Assembly (NCBI GenBank): GCA_963822585.1
Contig: CAWGIE010000036.1
Span: 96,001-160,000 of the forward strand
DNA length: 64,000 nucleotides
Direction: 5' to 3'
DNA from: an uncultured bacterium
Lineage (GTDB): Bacteria > Auribacterota > Erginobacteria > Erginobacterales > Erginobacteraceae
Each line of letters starts with the position of its first letter. Position 1 is the first letter of the stretch. This document shows, in pieces, positions 60,603 to 64,000 of the stretch. The translations under genes and the position numbers were made by a program. The notes under the pieces were generated by a model. That model saw only the letters and a program-made list of their open reading frames with translations. It was not told the DNA's origin and did not search any database.

Positions 60603-61772
60603 TCATGATCTTCGTGGATTAAATATTATCGTTGATTCATAACTGGATTTCTCACGAGATCTTTCGAGCAGCGTCCATCTACCAAGCATCCGTTTGAAGA
60701 GTTCTTCGTACTGATCGGTGATCTTCTCCCAGGTGTACGCCTCCCTGATTCTCTGCGGGGCCCGGCGGCGGAACTCCTCAACCCGCTCGGGATGATCTTC
60801 CAGAAACTGGATTTTCTGCCGCAGGTCCTCCCTGTCCTTCCGAAAAAGGAGACCATAATCAAGGATGACTTCCCGGTTGAAGGGGACATCCAGCGCCAGA
60901 ACGCAGTTCCCGAACCCCAGCGACTTGAGGAGGGAGGGGTTGGTCCCGCCGACGGAATGCCCGTGGATGTACGCGTAGCAGTTGCAGTGGAGTTCCTTGA
61001 TGACCTCGTTGCTGTCGATGTGCCCCAGCGTTATCACCCGGGGGTCGGGGAAGGCCTTCAGTTTTTCCATCAGGGGACTCTGGTAATTCGCTCCCCCGGC
61101 GATCACCAGTTTTCGGGAAGTTTTGATCTCCGAAAAGGCCTCCACGATTAAATCGGGATGATTCTCGGGGATGATCCTGCTGGCGATCAGGTAATACTCT
61201 CCCGGCTCCAGCCCGTATTCCGCAAGGACACCGGGATTCGCGGAGGTCTCGATATAAGCACCGTAGGCGATGAAGACGGAGGGCACTCCGAACTCCTCCA
61301 GGTAAATCCTCTGCATCTCCAGGGAGTCGTTGACGATTTCCTGGCAGAAAACGGTCGCGCAACGGGCGGCCGCCTTGAAATAGGCCCGGGCGATCGGTCC
61401 CCACTTTCCCCGGGTCCACTCCAGTCCGTCCACGTTGATGGCAAGCTTTCTTCCCAGCAACCGGGGAAGGATACAATGAAAACCATTTCCCGGATTGACA
61501 AAAAAGAGCACGTCATACGGGCGCATGACGGCGTCAAGGACCGAAACCAGGGTATGGGTGAGGGTGCCCAGGTTCTTGGTCTCGATCGAGGGGAGATATC
61601 GCAGACGGACACCCTGAAACCTCTCCGGGCGGCGGGCGAAAAGGCTCTTCCGGCAGTAGACTGTTACTTCATGGCCCTTGGCCGCCAGCCGGGGGGCCAG
61701 CTCACCGACGAACGTCTCGTAACCGCTGTACGTGGAAGGATACCCCCGGCATCCAAGAATGGCGATACGCAT
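60603..61772 (-). CDS. GT4 glycosyltransferase (DUF1972-type)
   Basis: AILGCRGYP..YSGYETF, NVDGLEW.RGKW, HGHSVGGTNPSLL, DVPFNREV. Confidence 0.9.
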   Translation of the reverse strand: MRIAILGCRGYPSTYSGYETFVGELAPRLAAKGHEVTVYCRKSLFARRPERFQGVRLRYLPSIETKNLGTLTHTLVSVLDAVMRPYDVLFFVNPGNGFHCILPRLLGRKLAINVDGLEWTRGKWGPIARAYFKAAARCATVFCQEIVNDSLEMQRIYLEEFGVPSVFIAYGAYIETSANPGVLAEYGLEPGEYYLIASRIIPENHPDLIVEAFSEIKTSRKLVIAGGANYQSPLMEKLKAFPDPRVITLGHIDSNEVIKELHCNCYAYIHGHSVGGTNPSLLKSLGFGNCVLALDVPFNREVILDYGLLFRKDREDLRQKIQFLEDHPERVEEFRRRAPQRIREAYTWEKITDQYEELFKRMLGRWTLLERSREKSSYESTIIFNPRRS

Positions 61773-62064
61773 CTTTCTTTCCTGCTTGTTCGGTTGCTTA
61801 CCGCAACGCCCTTCGGCGATACAGGTGCCTGATCAAATAAGGAGTAATGGAATAATGGAGTACTGGAGTGATGGATTCCTGCCCTATTACCACTCGCCTG
61901 TCCAGATGCACAATCGTGAAGATTATAGTCACTGTACAGATTTTCTCTGAAATTGCAACGGAGATTACCGTTCCGGAACCGGGGAAGAAGTTCAGGAGAT
62001 GGAGAGAGAACAGGCTGTCGAACGGGGATTCAGGTGAGGGAAGAGATACGGTGCCCGCAAAAGA

Positions 62065-63525
62065 TCAGTATGCCCCGCGGCCGTTGATGATCGCTCCGAA
62101 GGTCTTGAAGAGGATCTTGAAATCGAGGCCCAGCGACCAGTTGTTCACATAGGCGAGGTCAAGCTTCATCCACTCGGGGAAGTCGAGCAGGTTTCTGCCG
62201 TTGATCTGCCAGAGACAGGTGATCCCCGGTTTGATACTGAATCTTCTCTTCTCCCAGCGGTCGCATTTTTCTGCTTCCGCGATGGGGAGGGGGCGCGGCC
62301 CGACCAGACTCATATCTCCCTTGAGGACGTTGATGATCTGGGGGAGTTCGTCCAGGCTGAACCTTCTCAGGAGCCGGCCGATCCCGGTCACCCGGGGATC
62401 GTTCTTTATCTTAAAGACGGGGCCGTTCATCTCATTGGCGCCCATGAGATGCTCCTTCTGCAATTCCGCGCCGTCGCACATGGTCCGAAACTTATACATC
62501 TTAAAGTGGAGACCGCGAAAGCCGGCTCTTTTCTGATGGAAGATGACCGGCCCGCGGGAGCCGAGTTTGATCAGGATGCCGATGAGAAGGAAGAGCGGAG
62601 CGAAAAAGAGAAGCAGTACCGCGGCCACGATCCGGTCGATGGTCCGTTTGAGAAGCATGGCGACAAAGTTGTCGGGGTTGGGCTGAAAAGAGATCAGGTT
62701 GGCCCATCCGAAACGCTCCATGGTGGGATGGATCTGACCGAATTTCGGTTTCGGTTCACCGACCGCCATCCGGATTCTAACCTGGAGCTCCTGGCCCAGA
62801 CGGATGATATTGTTCAGACTCACGCCCATCTTCCCGTTCGGGAAGATCACTACCTCGTCGATGATCTGGTTGTTGAGGAGGATCTTTTCCCAGTTGCTGA
62901 TCCGGCCGATGATCTTCACGCCTTCCACCGTGTCCCCCGGTTTCAGCGAGGGTTCATCGGTCAGGAGGCCGAAGAGATTGATGCCGCAGGGCCATTCTTC
63001 CCGCAGAGCGGCGATGAACTCGAGCGCGGCGGGACTGTTGCCGATCAGGAGAATCTCCCGGTGGGGCTGGGAGCGCGCCAGCAGACGCTCGAATCCGATC
63101 TGTTTCAGCAGGGCGAGAGTATAACTGATCAGACCGAAGAGGATGACGATCAGACGGCTGGTCTCATGGCTTCGACTGGCGAAAGAGAAGGCGATAATCA
63201 GGATAACCAGCTGGATGATCGCCCTGGCTGTCGGCCAGGCAAGGTGCCCCACCGGCGCCCGGGAGGGGAAGGAATGGGCGCGGTTAAGATACAGGAGGCT
63301 GGGGACGCCCAGGGCAACCACCGGGTAAAGCCAGACGGGGATGGAGAGTAAAACCAGCCCCAAATCATGGGAAGCAAGATACTGAAGGTAGATGGCATTT
63401 CCCAGGTGTACCGACATCCAGAGAGCGGCCACGCCGATCAGCCCTTCAATAATAAAACTTAAAATGTAATAGCTGGTATATTTCCTGATCATCTCATCCG
63501 GCTCGATTGGCGACGTAATTAACAA
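62065..63525 (-). CDS. Polyprenyl-phosphate sugar phosphotransferase (WcaJ/WbaP-like priming enzyme)
   Basis: N-terminal TMs; KFRTM, DPRVT..G..LRR.SLDELPQ..NVL.GDMSLVGPRP, KPGIT.LWQ, DL.Y..NWS. Confidence 0.93.
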   Translation of the reverse strand: MLITSPIEPDEMIRKYTSYYILSFIIEGLIGVAALWMSVHLGNAIYLQYLASHDLGLVLLSIPVWLYPVVALGVPSLLYLNRAHSFPSRAPVGHLAWPTARAIIQLVILIIAFSFASRSHETSRLIVILFGLISYTLALLKQIGFERLLARSQPHREILLIGNSPAALEFIAALREEWPCGINLFGLLTDEPSLKPGDTVEGVKIIGRISNWEKILLNNQIIDEVVIFPNGKMGVSLNNIIRLGQELQVRIRMAVGEPKPKFGQIHPTMERFGWANLISFQPNPDNFVAMLLKRTIDRIVAAVLLLFFAPLFLLIGILIKLGSRGPVIFHQKRAGFRGLHFKMYKFRTMCDGAELQKEHLMGANEMNGPVFKIKNDPRVTGIGRLLRRFSLDELPQIINVLKGDMSLVGPRPLPIAEAEKCDRWEKRRFSIKPGITCLWQINGRNLLDFPEWMKLDLAYVNNWSLGLDFKILFKTFGAIINGRGAY

Positions 63526-63724
63526 TATATAAAGGAATATAGCAACTACCGTGCCAAACCGGAGAGAAAGGGAAATAACGTCATAAGCGATTTATAATAA
63601 ATAAAATATAACTTGACAGGAACTGCGCTTCAAAACGGAGGGGTGTCAATAACCACCCTGTTTGGGGAGAATTCGCGAAGAGAAGAGTGTCAAAATGGCA
63701 TCATTAATCAGAACCAGGGGGATA

Positions 63725-64000
63725 TCATCCCCGGTGCATTTTTTGGTTCTTCGTCGGGAACGGGAGAATCATCCCGATCGCCTCTTGAACATCTCGGAGG
63801 CCGATTACATCCATACAAGCACCCCGCGGGGTGGCTGAATAAGGGCACTTCAGCTGCAGGCAGGGGCTGCAGGGGAACCTCTGGTAGACAGCATGAAAAT
63901 TTTTCCGATCCGGGCGAGTCAAGTCCGGTCTCATGGGGCCGTAGAGCGCGACAATGGGGATCGCGGCCGCCGCGGCGAGGTGCATCAGCCCCCCTTCCAC
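63725..64000 (-). CDS. GT9 heptosyltransferase-like glycosyltransferase, C-terminal part only
   Basis: G.MHLAAA..IP.VALYGP…CSPC….C…CM..I. Confidence 0.8.
   Translation of the reverse strand: MEGGLMHLAAAAAIPIVALYGPMRPDLTRPDRKNFHAVYQRFPCSPCLQLKCPYSATPRGACMDVIGLRDVQEAIGMILPFPTKNQKMHRG

Noticed and set aside
37296..63398. Numerous long antisense or overlapping ORFs (e.g. 37296..38258, 26735..27430, 62449..63351, 905..1483)
   Set aside because: Shadow ORFs of GC-rich genes with clear family motifs on the other strand or frame.

Overview
Bacterial chromosomal window with an accessory left half and a more housekeeping right half. (1) 1-2.7 kb: a frameshifted ECF sigma / zf-HC2 anti-sigma unit. (2) 2.9-22.3 kb: a headless tandem array of about 7 orphan Rhs (YD-repeat) toxin-tip/immunity modules from three core lineages. 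It is interrupted by an IS200/IS605 tnpA and by two copies of the end of an IS110-family element. The longer copy keeps the transposase C-terminus and a structured non-coding region resembling a bridge/seekRNA, whose loop matches the GGGGTCA-type motif at the module junctions. (3) 23-27.4 kb: a secreted Kelch/FG-GAP-like protein and a ComEC-type MBL + ComEA HhH fusion. (4) 27.5-34.4 kb: an integron cassette region with six attC sites, no intI, and a duplicated 152-bp attI-like leader. (5) tRNA-Phe flanked by two TA-like pairs, then malQ and galE. (6) 40-60 kb: a long minus-strand anaerobe-type metal/Fe-S/redox cluster (DUF134, DUF5320, NifX-like, COG1149 ATPases, Mrp, IscU-like, DUF364, ARMT1, trxAB, radical SAM). 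(7) EPS/LPS glycosyltransferases. Intergenic spaces are full of palindromic REP-like and short-tandem inverted repeats. All family calls come from motif recognition by eye; no searches were run.
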